Positions 1 to 12,300 of a stretch of 64,000 nucleotides of DNA are shown piece after piece (positions within the stretch are counted from its first letter, which is position 1; each line of letters opens with the position of its first letter). The notes beneath the pieces are model-generated. The model saw only the letters and a list, made by a program, of their open reading frames with translations. It had not been told where the DNA came from and made no database searches. Position numbers and translations under genes: made by a program. Source of the stretch: Macrostomum lignano (lineage: Eukaryota); contig NIVC01000157.1 in assembly GCA_002269645.1 (NCBI GenBank), positions 62,001-126,000 of the forward strand. Reading direction: 5' to 3'.

Positions 1-1552
1 TCTACGGCGGCCGCGTAGAGTGCTTTATCCCGCATGCTGTGGCCAGCGAGACTGAGACTCTCAAATATCGGGATGTGGTGAGTAGTGATACTACTAATAT
101 AGTAGAATATTTTGCAAAAAAATACAGTTTATGAAAAAATAATGCTTTATTTCAACTGGCAGGTCTCTCTGTACCCGACGGTGCAGTCGAAAGACCCGTA
201 CCCGATTGGCCACCCGGTGCAACATCCGACGCCGCAAGTGCTAGATTCTGACGCGCTGGCTAGTTACTTTGGTATTGCCAAGGTGACTGTGTTGCCGCCG
301 TCAAATTTGCACATTCCGCTGCTGCCGTACAGAGTGCAAAAGAAGCTCTTTTTTGGGCTTTGCCGCACCTGTATGGAGCAGCAGTGCGGCGAGTGCTGCG
401 ACCACTCAGACGAGCAGCGGGCACTGACTGGTACCTGGGCCACGCCAGAGCTGCGGAAGGCCTTCCAGTTGGGCTACCGGCTGCAGGTGGTGCACGCGCT
501 GGCCTACTGGACAGAGCAGCGGACGGGCCTGTTCGGTGACTATGTCAGCACCTTCCTCAAGCTGAAGGCCGAATCGAGCGGCTCCCCTGGCATGTCGGAT
601 GAGGACAAGGCCGCCTACATTGCCGATTTCTTTGCAAAGGAGGGCGTCACGCTGGACAAGGTCGAGCCCAACCCAGGACTTCGCTTTGTAGCGAAAATCT
701 TTTTGAATTCGTAAGTATTCATAAATTTTGTTTTTTAAATGATTTTCTTCTACTATCAGTAGCACTTCCTTTCACAACACACAGGCTCTGGGGCAAATTT
801 TGTCAGCGTGACGACCTGACATCGACCGAAATAGTATCCAGCTACGAGGACTGGCTCGCCCGGCTGACCGACCCCAACCTCAAAGTCAAGGCCTGCGAAC
901 CGGTTGGCAGCGAGTTTATGCTGCTAGAGTACCGGCACCGCTATTTTAATCAGCGGCCGTTCCGGTACTCCAACGTACCGATCGGGGTCTTTACGACCAC
1001 GCAGGCCCGGCTGCGCCTGTACGAGGCATTGGAGGGGCTCGGCGAACGGGCCATTTACTGCGGCACTGACTCGTAAGTATTGCATTGGGAAAATTCTTTT
1101 AGAATTGATTACATGTAAATTAGCAAGTTGGCAATTATCTCGTTTTCTCTCCCCCACACAGGGTCGTTTACCGGCATTCCGAGGGCCAATGGGAGCCGCC
1201 CCATGGCACGAGCCTCGGAATGTGGACCGATGAGGTGCCCGCAGGCAGCCGGATGACCGACTTTGTAAGTGGGGGGCCCAAGCTCTACACTTACATTGTC
1301 GAGGATGCGGCCGGTGTCCGGAGTCAGGTCCTGAAGTGCAAGGGCATCCGCCTGACTCCAGAGATTCGGGAGCGCAGCGATGAATTGCGCAGTGCCCTAC
1401 TACACGGCGGCTCCCTGCAGCTGCCGCAGCTTCAGTTTAGGCGCGACAAGGCGTCTTGTACCATACACACTGTTAGTATGGACAAGACGTTTCAGCGCGT
1501 CCTGACGAAGCGCGTGTACGGGGCCTGCAGCAGGCCTTATGGTTATAAATAA
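1..1552 (+). pseudogene. polB: Protein-primed family B DNA polymerase (Polinton/adintovirus-like), copy A, last four exons
   Basis: Splicing introns 78-162, 711-784 and 1073-1161 (all GT-AG) restores YRDV|VSLYP (motif A), KIFLNS|LWGKF (motif B) and YCGTDS|VVY (motif C, with D>G at the first Asp). It ends RPYGYK* at 1552. The 5' part runs off the window. Confidence 0.93.
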
Positions 1553-1913
1553 TGTGGCCCTTGCTTAATAAATATCTTGTTAAATTTGACTGAGTAAAAT
1601 CTATTTATTGTTGTACATATTTTGCATGTTAAATTAATGAAGAGTTACATACTACTATACAAATGTACATAAAGCATTTTTGTATTGTATGCAGCGAAAT
1701 TGCCAATGTAAAAATCTATTGTACATATTTTGCGTGTCAAACTTGTTTAAAATCATTTATGAAAAGAAAATTAATGAAAAACAATTTAAAATTTTCTGTA
1801 TATTCTATTTGCTGGTAATGCTGTACATAAATTATTTCCTGTAATATGCTACTGATTTAATGTAAATATATCTTCATTGTAAATACTTATACATGATGTA
1901 CGCTACACGGTTA

Positions 1914-2414
1914 GTTGACTCATTTGGTAGTAGATGAGATTAGTAATTCTCGCCTCTGCGTACATGTAGTATTGTACATGTAATTTTGGTGCGCGCGCGC
2001 TGGGGATGACACTGTAGATTAATGCACATGTACATATAGAATTGGGGATAGACAATTTGGGATAGGGATTAATGTACATGGAATTAATGTACAATTTGAG
2101 ATAGATAGGGATTAATGTACATGGAATTAATGTACAATTTGAGATATTTAGGGATTAATGTACATGGAATTAATGTACAATTTGAGATATTTAGGGATTA
2201 ATGTACATGGAATTAATGTACAATTTGAGATATTTAGGGATTAATGTACATGGAATTTTTAATATGATCACATGGATTATTACAACTACATATTGAATCA
2301 CGCTTAGGATAGCGTTTTTGTATACTACTTACTTCATTTTTCAGATAGTAGTATAATTTGCGTTTTTTGCGTCAAAACATCTGAAAATCAACACTTATCT
2401 GCACATTACGTAGT
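1914..2414. repeat. Terminal inverted repeat / end of the element downstream of pol copy A
   Basis: Shares sequence from GTTGACTCATTTGG to ...ACATTACGTAGT with 13816-14209 and 14678-15045. Similarity stops at the same base in all three. Confidence 0.8.
2065..2256. repeat. 43-bp tandem repeat, about 4.5 copies
   Basis: Unit GGGATTAATGTACATGGAATTAATGTACAATTTGAGATATTTA starts at 2065, 2108, 2151, 2194 and 2237, with no spacers. Confidence 0.95.
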
Positions 2415-2509
2415 ATGGTGGGAAAAGTTTTCCTCTATAATGCATTGAAATTTTGAATCAGCAATTAGTTGCAAAATGAAAAGTTTTAGGATAAAATGCA
2501 ATTATTTAC

Positions 2510-3033
2510 CATGTCCAAGTCGGCTCGCGGCGCCATTGCCGCAAAAATTCTTGGTATGCGGCCTCTTCGTTGTCAGCAGCGACAGCAGCAGCCTCCCCAC
2601 TAGCAGCAACCGCACTATGCAGCCCCATCCGAGGGGCTAAATTAATACCTAAGCGGCTGCTCTTTTTTTTCGGCTTCATGCTGCTGCTGTTGCTGCGGCT
2701 GCTGTTGATGTGACTGCTGCTACTGCTGCTGCTGCTGTGATTGCTGCTGCTGCTGATTTCAGAGCCAGAGGGTTGATGTCTCGTGGCCTGACGGTCGTTG
2801 CTGCTGCTGCTGCTGTCGCTGTCGTTGCTGCCAGATTTGTTTGACAGGTTTAAAACCGGTCGGGTGATATAACGATGTGACAGGTTCCGACCTACTCGGC
2901 CACCCCCAACCCCGCACCATAGGATTGAAGGGGTTTTGCCGCAACGCAGGGCTGCCGCCACCGCAACTAACTGCGGCGGCTCGTCTTCAACACTGATGCT
3001 ACTGCTGCTGCTGTTGATGCGGTCGCTGTTCAT
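2510..3033 (-). pseudogene. Orphan gene Y (Ser-rich), exon 1, left inverted-repeat arm
   Basis: MNSDRINSSSS...EEAAYQEFLRQWRREP, with a GT donor at 2509. A 1-nt deletion relative to the 23 kb copy shifts the frame just before the donor, and exon 2 is absent. Confidence 0.65.
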
Positions 3034-3429
3034 GGTAATCAAGTTTAGGCGAGTAGGCGAGTAGATGTGTTTGATCACAAATTTTCAGTCTCGCAGGGGT
3101 CTCGTTTTTATAGTGATTTTGTGAGGCCTCCCATTGGCTCCGCCAGCCTGCAAGCAAGCAGGCAAGCAAGTCTGCCCAAACCCCAGCCCAGCCCCACCAG
3201 CGAGTTAGTCAGTCTGACTCAACAACAGCAATATCTGTTTTAATAATAAAATTTCAAAGTCTCGGTTATTTTCAATTTCAAAATAAATGAAATAAGACCA
3301 TTTTTAATTCCAGAGATGTTATTTGTCAATTCCAGTTTATTCAAAAAAATGGTTTTCACATTATTAGAGTTGATATATAATCGCAGAAACACAAATTCCC
3401 ACAAGTAAAAATTATACAATTGAGAGTTA

Positions 3430-3690
3430 ATCAGCATCAACATCAAAGGCCCGGCCAAAATTTAAAGCAACAAGTGTTGAATATGTGGTATCGTTCACCG
3501 ATACCACTGATATTCGCGCCACGTTTGGTGGCATAATTTCTGTGCTTTGCGCCGACCTACACGCAAACGATTTTGTTTCGGCCAAGTTGACTGGCGACAA
3601 CATGATGCTTGCCATCAATGTCCCGCCGGTCCGCGCCGCCCGCTTCACTGCAGAGTTGATATTCAAGCACATTAACAAGGTTCTACACAT
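3430..3690 (+). pseudogene. polB: pPolB exon-3 fragment inside the inverted-repeat arm (mirror copy about 8165-8425 on -)
   Basis: VSFTDTTDIRATFGGIISVLCADLHANDFVSAKLTGDNMMLAINVPPVRAARFTAELIFKHINKVL matches the N-terminal exon of copies B, D and E. Confidence 0.85.
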
Positions 3691-3897
3691 GTCAAAGTTA
3701 TTATACAAACCATATATTCCCACAAAAGCAATGATTATACAACCCCCACATTATGAATATGAATATTCCCACACAAAAAGCATACAGCAGACACAAAAGA
3801 GTTTTTTTAGCAATTGTTTTAATCATTTTCACTCGACACGCATTGTGGCCTTGTCACTGCAGATTAGCTTAAATCGCTTGTTCTGCTCCTTGATCAC

Positions 3898-6443
3898 TTC
3901 CCAAATGACACAAACACTGTAATTATGCCGCTCCAACTCGCGAGTGAACCACTCGGTCTCGTGGCGAATGTGGCTCAGAGGCTGCCGTTTGAGCGGGTGG
4001 ACGACATCCTGATCGGGCATACACTGCTCGCAGCCATGGTAGAAACAACCATGAAACTGCAAGACAGTGTTGCTAGTCTCATCAAAGCCGTCCACCTTGC
4101 GGCCGAGAATGACCGCCTCGCCGCCATTCGAGTCGCAGGTGCGCAGCCGCCCGCCAAATTCGGTGGCATTCAAATAGGCCAGCCACTTGCGCGCCTTGAA
4201 TGACTGCTGGTCGGCCTGCCGGGCAATCACGCCGACCGAGTTGGGCTCCATGAATTTAGTAGTAAACACGGCCATTGCTAAACTGGCAATCGTATTGGCC
4301 TGAACAAACGGTTCCAGGCCGTCGCAAATGTCGCCAATTATCGACCTGTACTTGATGCAGCCCTCGCGAAGCAGGACTGTGTCACTCAAACAATAATCGA
4401 GATACTCCCGATTAAAGTTGAACAACTCGCCCTGTCGCGAGGCCAGCCAAGCACAGACGGAGTCGTAGTCATTGTTTGCCTTGCCGCCATAATATTCAAT
4501 AGCCGGGTAGGGGCCCACGTAGTTCCAATTAGCAGGCTTGTTGAACTCGTGGGGAAAGATCCCCCTGGCCAGCTTTGTGTCAGCGAGCCCCAGCGCTTTG
4601 GGGGATTGCGCAAGCGGGATTGGTATAAAGTTTAACGAATCTTTAAATACCAATTTATCAACAGTCATGCTCATTAGCCGGCTGCCCTGGAACAGTACTT
4701 GGGGCCGCTTCTTGGCCAGGCCGATGAGCAGAGCGCCAAGCAGTAGAAACGCATCATAGCCTGATGCATTGTGCGCGACAACAATGGCGCCGCCACGGAA
4801 AGTGGTGCTCAGCCAGGCGAAAAACGCATTCAGCGAGGCCGGGCCCACAGCCACAAAATCGGCCATTTGGCAGGCGCAGTCTGAGTGGCTGACGCAATTG
4901 GAGAATTCCTTCCCCAGATCGCGGTCAGTCAGACAGTTGGCGGCGCTATGCAGGCCATTGCAGAGGCGGCAAGTCTCGCGAGGAAACGACCGGCCAGAGC
5001 AGGTCTCGCAGCACGTGACGGCAGTCACCAGATGCACGTGATGCTGCTTCTCCTCGTCTGTGTACGTTTCCGTATCGTAGAACACGTACGGCATAGTTGA
5101 AGCTTTCACTTTGGGAGCCTTGACGAAACACAAATGCGAGCCGGCCTCGTCGTACTGTTTACACAGTGGGCACTTGACATGCCCGCACTTGTGTTCCGGC
5201 TCCTTTTGCCCGACTTTTAGCTCCTCCTGATAACCGCAATTAGCGCATACACGGACAGAGTCGCAGCGCGAACGGCCGGCCCGGTTTTTCTGGCGGTGAT
5301 TATTAAAGCACTGCGGATTGTAACATTTTAACCCGCAGTCTGGGCATCGCTTATAGTCACACCGCAGGCTCTTGCAATTGGCGCCGGGCGCTTTGCATTG
5401 AGGGCAGGTGTTGGCGCACTTGTGCCCTCCAGACACGCAGTCGTACGGCTGCTGGCAGCGGTCACAATAGCGGCGGGCTCCGAAAAATGGCGGCACCTTG
5501 CACACCGCGTTAAAGTGCTCGCCAATTAGGTGCAAATTCAGCACTGTGCTGCCTGGTAGGGCATACACGCATGTATTGCCCTCCTCTGCGCTGTACACAC
5601 GAACGCCTAAATCTCGGCCGGGCGACTGGGCGTTCAGAACAGCCAGCAGTTGGGGGAGCACATCAACCCCGAAAGGCCCGGCCTGTGCAATGGTTGATAA
5701 AGACTAAAACATTTGTATATTAATAAAAATGTAAATTAAAATGTGCAAAATTATTTTTTACTTACCGAATACAATTTGGCGGCAATCTGAAGTTCCTCAG
5801 TCAGCTTCGTCTGCAGTGGGGAGTCGGCCTTGATTGTTTGCCACGTATGCTAAGTGATGGCCTTGGCCAGCATGTCCGCGAAAGCCTTGGCGACAATCAG
5901 CGCTCGAATTAAACAGCGCTTATCGCGGTTGGCGATGACGACGTAGCTGTTGCCCATAGCATGCCTGGCCTGGATGTGGCGCTCCATAACAAAAACAAAA
6001 CAAAAACAAAAAACAAAAACAATTTAAAGTTGTTGCCCAAGACGCTGGAGTCCGACTGCAGCACCTTGTTTATATGCTTGAAAACAAGCTCTGCAGTGAA
6101 GCGGCTGAGGCGGACTGGCGGCACGTTAATAGTGAGTAGCATATTATCGGCGGTCAGCTTGGCTGCGACGAAATCGTTAGCGTGCAAGTCACTGCAGAGT
6201 GCCGAAATTATATCCGCAAACGTGGCGCGAATATCGGTAGTATTTGTGAAGGCTACTTCATACTCACACTCTTTTGCCTTAAATTTTGGCAATGCCTTTG
6301 CCCCGCCCAGGCGTGCAATGAAGCCTGAAAAATGGAGGGTTTGAAATTAGAATTGCGAGTGAATGACTCATGAAATAAAATCAACTCCTTACCATCGCCT
6401 TCAACAGTGTCGGGCTGGGGCGGGGGTTGAAATTGAGCCAAAT
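3898..6443 (-). pseudogene. polB: pPolB copy B (micro-exon 2, exon 3 and most of exon 4; 3'-truncated)
   Basis: Micro-exon 6443-6393, intron 6392-6325, exon to 5766, intron 5765-5683. Then Cys-rich region, ExoI YDTETY, ExoII HNASGYD and ExoIII YCLSD. Broken at VIWE (3898). Exon 3 has a deletion replaced by (TTTTG)n. Confidence 0.9.
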
Positions 6444-7424
6444 CTGCAATAAAAATGCGCATGGTGACTAAAATTCTGACCGCTTGGAATTTTACAACTG
6501 TCAAAAAGTTTTGATTGATTGCCTGCAGCAGCAGCAATTTTATCGCCCCCACCCCAAGCAACAAAAATCGGCGAGTTGTAAAAACCCCAACTCGGCACGT
6601 TCCGACACGTAGCAACAAAAGAAATGTGGGGTTGATTGACCCCGCTTCGAATTTTAGGCTGTCAAAAATGTTTGATTGATGACCCTGATAACACAGATCC
6701 TGCCGCAGCAGCCATTGTAAAATTTAAGAAAACCCCTATCAGCACGTGCCTCCATTGTGTCTCCTTGACACCTAGCAACAATACCGCGCGGCCGCTTTTG
6801 GATTTTTAAAGCTGTCTGATTAATAACCCTCACTGTAGCAGCCATTGCTGCTAACACCCCTACTGTCAATTGCAGCGGTGATTACATCATCATGTCCAAA
6901 AATCGGGGGGTTGATTTTATCACTGCCGCCTGCCCGCCCCCCGCTGAGTCTCGCGCGCGCCGCAGGATTGCTGTTTTTGCTTCTCTCTAGTTCAAGGATT
7001 AGTCACATAACCCCTGAAATTTTATGAATATCCTCTACAGGCATTATCTGGCTATACTGCTGCTGCTGCTGCGGATATTCTCTAAAACTCTGTTATTTCA
7101 ACAGGCCTGAATTTGAGAAATCCAACTTCAACATCTATGTCAAGAGGAAATTCAGAAATTGATGAATGCTATTGAATTGATGAATTGATGAAGTCAAAAT
7201 GAATGCTAAAGATGAAAAGCAGCTGTAGTTTCAAAGAAAGCCCATATTTCAAAAAGCGTGAAGTTTGCAAATCACACTAATGCTAAAGCTAAAAAGCGCA
7301 GTTATACAACCATATTTTTCTAATTTTAGATTTTGCAAATGCTAAAAATGAAAATAATTGAGGCTAATGACTAAAAAGCAGTTTTTCAAAGAGTCCTATT
7401 ATAATATTGAGTCTCTGCACGTCC

Positions 7425-8026
7425 TCGACTCTCGTCATAAGCGGTTTCAACTGGGTGAGAGCGGCCGCAAGATTCTGGAAGTGAAAAACAGCCAGATTTG
7501 GCTGCATCGCATCAACCCGGCCGGCTGCGATGAGGGCGAGCGTTGGAAATATTACATCAAGTTCACCCCTGAATTGTGGACTGCTCTGATGGATGCTGAC
7601 GTTGATTCACTGTTTGCCTCGCAGTCGCCGCCGCCGCCACCCAAGACGGCCTCGGAGCCATCATCGCGGTTCAACAGCTGCAGCAGCAGCAATGATGGTG
7701 ACGGCAATGGCAACCGCCGCCGCAGTGCTGGCACCCCGCCACCGATTGAGCTGCAGCCGCAGGTGAAGAAGCTTTCAACGACTGACGGCGGCAGAGGCAG
7801 CGGCAGCGGCAGCAGCAGCTACAAGTGGTGGCACTCGTATCCTCCGGACTCGACTGAGCTCGAGAGCTGGGCTGCTGGCCTGACTGATGAACAGCTTTTC
7901 AAGATCCCGGCCCATCAGATTGGGCCCCACGAGCCGGCCTTTGCTGCTTGGGCTGCTGTGATCAAGGAGCAGAACAAGCGATTTAAGCTAATCTGCAGTG
8001 ACAAGGCCACAATGCGTGTCGAGTGA
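7425..8026 (+). pseudogene. 5'-truncated copy of the PC4-like gene
   Basis: From about LDSRHKRFQLGE onward it matches 25641-26432. The N-terminal PC4-like domain and promoter are deleted, and it is joined to pol intron-1 sequence. Confidence 0.8.
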
Positions 8027-8716
8027 AAATGATTAAAACAATTGCTAAAAAAACTCTTTTGTGTCTGCTGTATGCTTTTTGTGTGGGAATATTCATATTC
8101 ATAATGTGGGGGTTGTATAATCATTGCTTTTGTGGGAATATATGGTTTGTATAATAACTTTGACATGTGTAGAACCTTGTTAATGTGCTTGAATATCAAC
8201 TCTGCAGTGAAGCGGGCGGCGCGGACCGGCGGGACATTGATGGCAAGCATCATGTTGTCGCCAGTCAACTTGGCCGAAACAAAATCGTTTGCGTGTAGGT
8301 CGGCGCAAAGCACAGAAATTATGCCACCAAACGTGGCGCGAATATCAGTGGTATCGGTGAACGATACCACATATTCAACACTTGTTGCTTTAAATTTTGG
8401 CCGGGCCTTTGATGTTGATGCTGATTAACTCTCAATTGTATAATTTTTACTTGTGGGAATTTGTGTTTCTGCGATTATATATCAACTCTAATAATGTGAA
8501 AACCATTTTTTTGAATAAACTGGAATTGACAAATAACATCTCTGGAATTAAAAATAGTCTTATTTCATTTATTTTGAAATTGAAAATAACCGAGACTTTG
8601 AAATTTTATTATTAAAACAGATATTGCTGTTGTTGAGTCAGACTGACTAACTCGCTGGTGGGGCTGGGCTGGGGTTTGGGCAGACTTGCTTGCCTGCTTG
8701 CTTGCAGGCTGGCGGA

Positions 8717-8750
8717 GCCAATGGGAGGCCTCACAAAATCACTATAAAAA
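8717..8750 (+). promoter_or_regulatory. CCAAT box and TATA box of gene Y (mirror copy about 3105-3138)
   Basis: GAGCCAATGGG followed by CACTATAAAAA about 70 nt upstream of ATG 8822. Confidence 0.6.
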
Positions 8751-8821
8751 CGAGACCCCTGCGAGACTGAAAATTTGTGATCAAACACATCTACTCGCCT
8801 ACTCGCCTAAACTTGATTACC

Positions 8822-9349
8822 ATGAACAGCGACCGCATCAACAGCAGCAGCAGTAGCATCAGTGTTGAAGACGAGCCGCCGCAGTTAGTTGCGGTGGCGG
8901 CAGCCCTGCGTTGCGGCAAAACCCCTTCAATCCTATGGTGCGGGGTTGGGGGTGGCCGAGTAGGTCGGAACCTGTCACATCGTTATATCACCCGACCGGT
9001 TTTAAACCTGTCAAACAAATCTGGCAGCAACGACAGCGACAGCAGCAGCAGCAGCAACGACCGTCAGGCCACGAGACATCAACCCTCTGGCTCTGAAATC
9101 AGCAGCAGCAGCAATCACAGCAGCAGCAGCAGTAGCAGCAGTCACATCAACAGCAGCCGCAGCAACAGCAGCAGCATGAAGCCGAAAAAAAAGAGCAGCC
9201 GCTTAGGTATTAATTTAGCCCCTCGGATGGGGCTGCATAGTGCGGTTGCTGCTAGTGGGGAGGCTGCTGCTGTCGCTGCTGACAACGAAGAGGCCGCATA
9301 CCAAGAATTTTTGCGGCAATGGCGCCGCGAGCCGACTTGGACATGGTAA
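8822..9349 (+). pseudogene. Orphan gene Y exon 1, right arm
   Basis: Identical translation to the 3033-2510 copy. Confidence 0.65.
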
Positions 9350-9355
9350 ATAATT

Positions 9356-12300
9356 ACGCCTCTCGCAATTCTAATTTTGAAACCCTCCATTTTTTCAGGC
9401 TTCATTGCGCGTCTTGGCGGGGCGAAAGCCCTGCCTAAATTTAGAGCCAAGGGCTACGAGTATGAAGTCTCATTCACAGCACTCACCGGTATTAGAGTCA
9501 CATTCGAGAAAGTAATTTTGGCACTGCAATGACTTGCGTGAGGACGATTTCATCTCGGCCAAACTAACGGCCGACATATCAACAAGGTTCTGCAGTCGGA
9601 CTCCAGTGTCTTGGGCAACAACTTTAAATTGTTTTTGCTCAAGGCCTGGGTCCCGCGGGGCGGCTGCGGCAGCTTAGATGCGGCGGAGCGCCACATTCAG
9701 GCACGCCATGCTATGGGCTATAACTATGCTGTCATCGCCAACCGCGACAAGCGGTGCCTCATCCGGGCGCTAGTGGTGGCCAAGGCCTTTGCCGACCTGG
9801 AGGCCAAGACAATTTCTAAGCGGGCTTGGCGGACAATCAAGGCCGACTCCTCAATGCAGAAGAAGCAGACTGGGGAACTTCAGATTGCCGCCAAATTGTA
9901 TTCGGTGAGTAAAAAATAATTTTGCACATTTTAATTTGCATTTTTATTAATATACAAATGTTTTAGTCTTTATCAACCATTGCACAGGCCGGGCCTTTCT
10001 GGGTTGATGTGCTCCCCCAACTGCTCGCGGCCCTGAACGCCCAGTCGCCCGGCCGGGATTTCGGCGTCCGGGTGTACAGTGCTGAGGAGGGCAATACATG
10101 TGTGTATGCCCTGCATGGCCGCGAAGTGCTGAATTTGCACCTAATTGGCGAGCACTTTAACGCTGTTTGCAAGGTGCCGCCATTTTTCGGTGCCCGTTAC
10201 TATTGCGACCACTGCCAGCAGCCGTATGATTGCAACTCTGCAGAGCACAAGTGCGCCAACACCTGCCCTCAGTGCAAAGTGCCCGGCGCCAATTGCAAGA
10301 GCCTGCAGCGTGACTACAAGCGCTGCCCAGACTGCGGGTTAAAATGCTATAACAGGCAGTGCTTTGATAATCACCGCCAAAAGAACCGGGCTGGCCGGTC
10401 TCGCAGCAACACCACCCGCGTCTGCCCCAAATGTGGATATGTTGAAGAGTTAAGAGTCGACCAAAAGGAGCCGGAGCACAAGTGCGGCCATTTCAAGTGC
10501 CCACTGTGTAAACAGTACGACGATGCCGGCTCGCATTTGTGTTTCGTCAAGGCTCCCAAAGTGAAAGCTTCGACTATGCCGTACGTGTTCTACGATACGG
10601 AAACATACACGGACGATGAGAAGCAGCATCACGTGCATCTGGTGACTGCCGTCACGTGCTGCGAGACCTGCTCTGGCCGGGCGTTTCCGCGCGAGACTTG
10701 CCGCCTCTGCAATGGCCTGCATAGCGCCGCCAACTGTCTGACTGACCGCGATCTGGGGAAGGAATTCTCCAATTGCGTCAGCCACTCAGACTGCGCCTGC
10801 CAAATGGCCGATTTTGTGGCTGTGGGCCCGGCATCGCTGAATGCTGTTTTCACCTGGCTGAGCACCACTTTCCGAGGCGGCGCCATTGTTGTAGCGCACA
10901 ATGCATCAGGCTATGATGCGTTTCTACTGCTTGGCGCTCTGCTCAACGGCCTGGCCAAGAAGCGGCCCCAAGTGCTGTTCCAGGGCAGCCGGCTAATGAG
11001 CATGACGGTGGATAAATTGGTATTTAAAGATTCATTAAATTTTATACCAATCCCGCTTGCGCAATTCCCCAAAGCGCTGGGGCTCACTGACACAAAGCTG
11101 GCCAAGGGGACCTTTCCCCACGAGTTTAACAAGCCGGCTAATTGGAACTACGTGGGCTCCTACCCGGCTATTGAATATTATGGCGGCAAAGCAAACAAGG
11201 ACTATGACTCAATCTGTGCTTGGCTAGCCTCGCGACAGGGCGAGTTGTTCAACTTTAATCGGGAGTATCTCGATTATTGTTTGAGTGACACAGTCCTGCT
11301 TCGCGAGGGCTGCATCAAGTACAGTTCGGTAATTGGCGACATTTGCGACGGCCTGGAACCGTTTTTACAGGCCAATACGATTGCCAGTTTGGCAATGGCC
11401 GTATTTACTACTAAATTCATGGAGCCCAACTCGGTCGGCGTGATTGCCCGGCAGGCCGACCAGCAATCGTTCAAGGCGCGCAAGTGGCTGACTTATTTGA
11501 ATGCCACCGAATTTGGCGGGCGGCTGCGCACCTGCGACTCTACTGGCGGCGAGGCGGTCATTCTCGGCCGCAAGGTGAATGGTTTTGATGAGGCTAGCAA
11601 CACTGTCTTGCAGTTTCATGGTTGTTTCTACCATGGCTGTGAGCAGTGTATGCCAGATCAGGATGCTGTCCACCCGCTCAAACGGCAGCCTCTGAGCCAC
11701 ATTCGCCACGAAACCGAGTGGTTCACTCGCGAATTGGAGCGGCACAATTACAGTGTTCGTGTCATTTGGGAGCACGAATACGACGCTGTATCAGCAGGCC
11801 GATTTCATTGCCGCAACTGCCCATCTGCGCGCTCCGCTCAAGATGGAGGATGCGCTCTACGGGGGCCGCGTAGAGTGTTTCATCCCGCATGCTGTGGCCA
11901 GTGAGACTGAGACTCTCAAATATCGGGATGTGGTGAGTAGTGATACTACTAATATAGTAGAATATTTTGCAAAAATACAGTTTATGAAAAAAATGCTTTA
12001 TTTCAACTTGCAGGTCTCTCTGTACCCGACGGTGCAGTCGAAAGACCCGTACCCGATTGGCCACCCGGTGCAGCATCCGACGCCGCAGACGCTCAACTCT
12101 GACGCGCTGGCCAGCTACTTTGGTATTGCCAAGGTGACTGTGTTGCCGCCGTCAGATTTGCACATTCCGCTGCTGCCGTACAGAGTGCAAAAGAAGCTCT
12201 TTTTTGGGCTTTGCCGCACCTGTATGGAGCAGCAGTGCGGCGGCTGCAACCACTCAGACCAGGAGCGGGCGCTGACTGGCATCTGGGCAACGCCGGAGCT

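Larger units (their letters stand above)
2500..3897. repeat. Left arm of a near-perfect 1.4-kb inverted repeat
   Basis: Reverse complement of 7958-9355; all paired ORF coordinates sum to 11855. At least one substitution (NGL vs NSL in the mirrored ORFs). Confidence 0.95.
7958..9355. repeat. Right arm of the 1.4-kb inverted repeat
   Basis: Reverse complement of 2500-3897. Confidence 0.95.

Noticed and set aside
2065-2256. Regular repeats as a CRISPR array
   Set aside because: The units are head-to-tail with no unique spacers and the context is eukaryotic; the same applies to 56102-56223 and 63320-63580.
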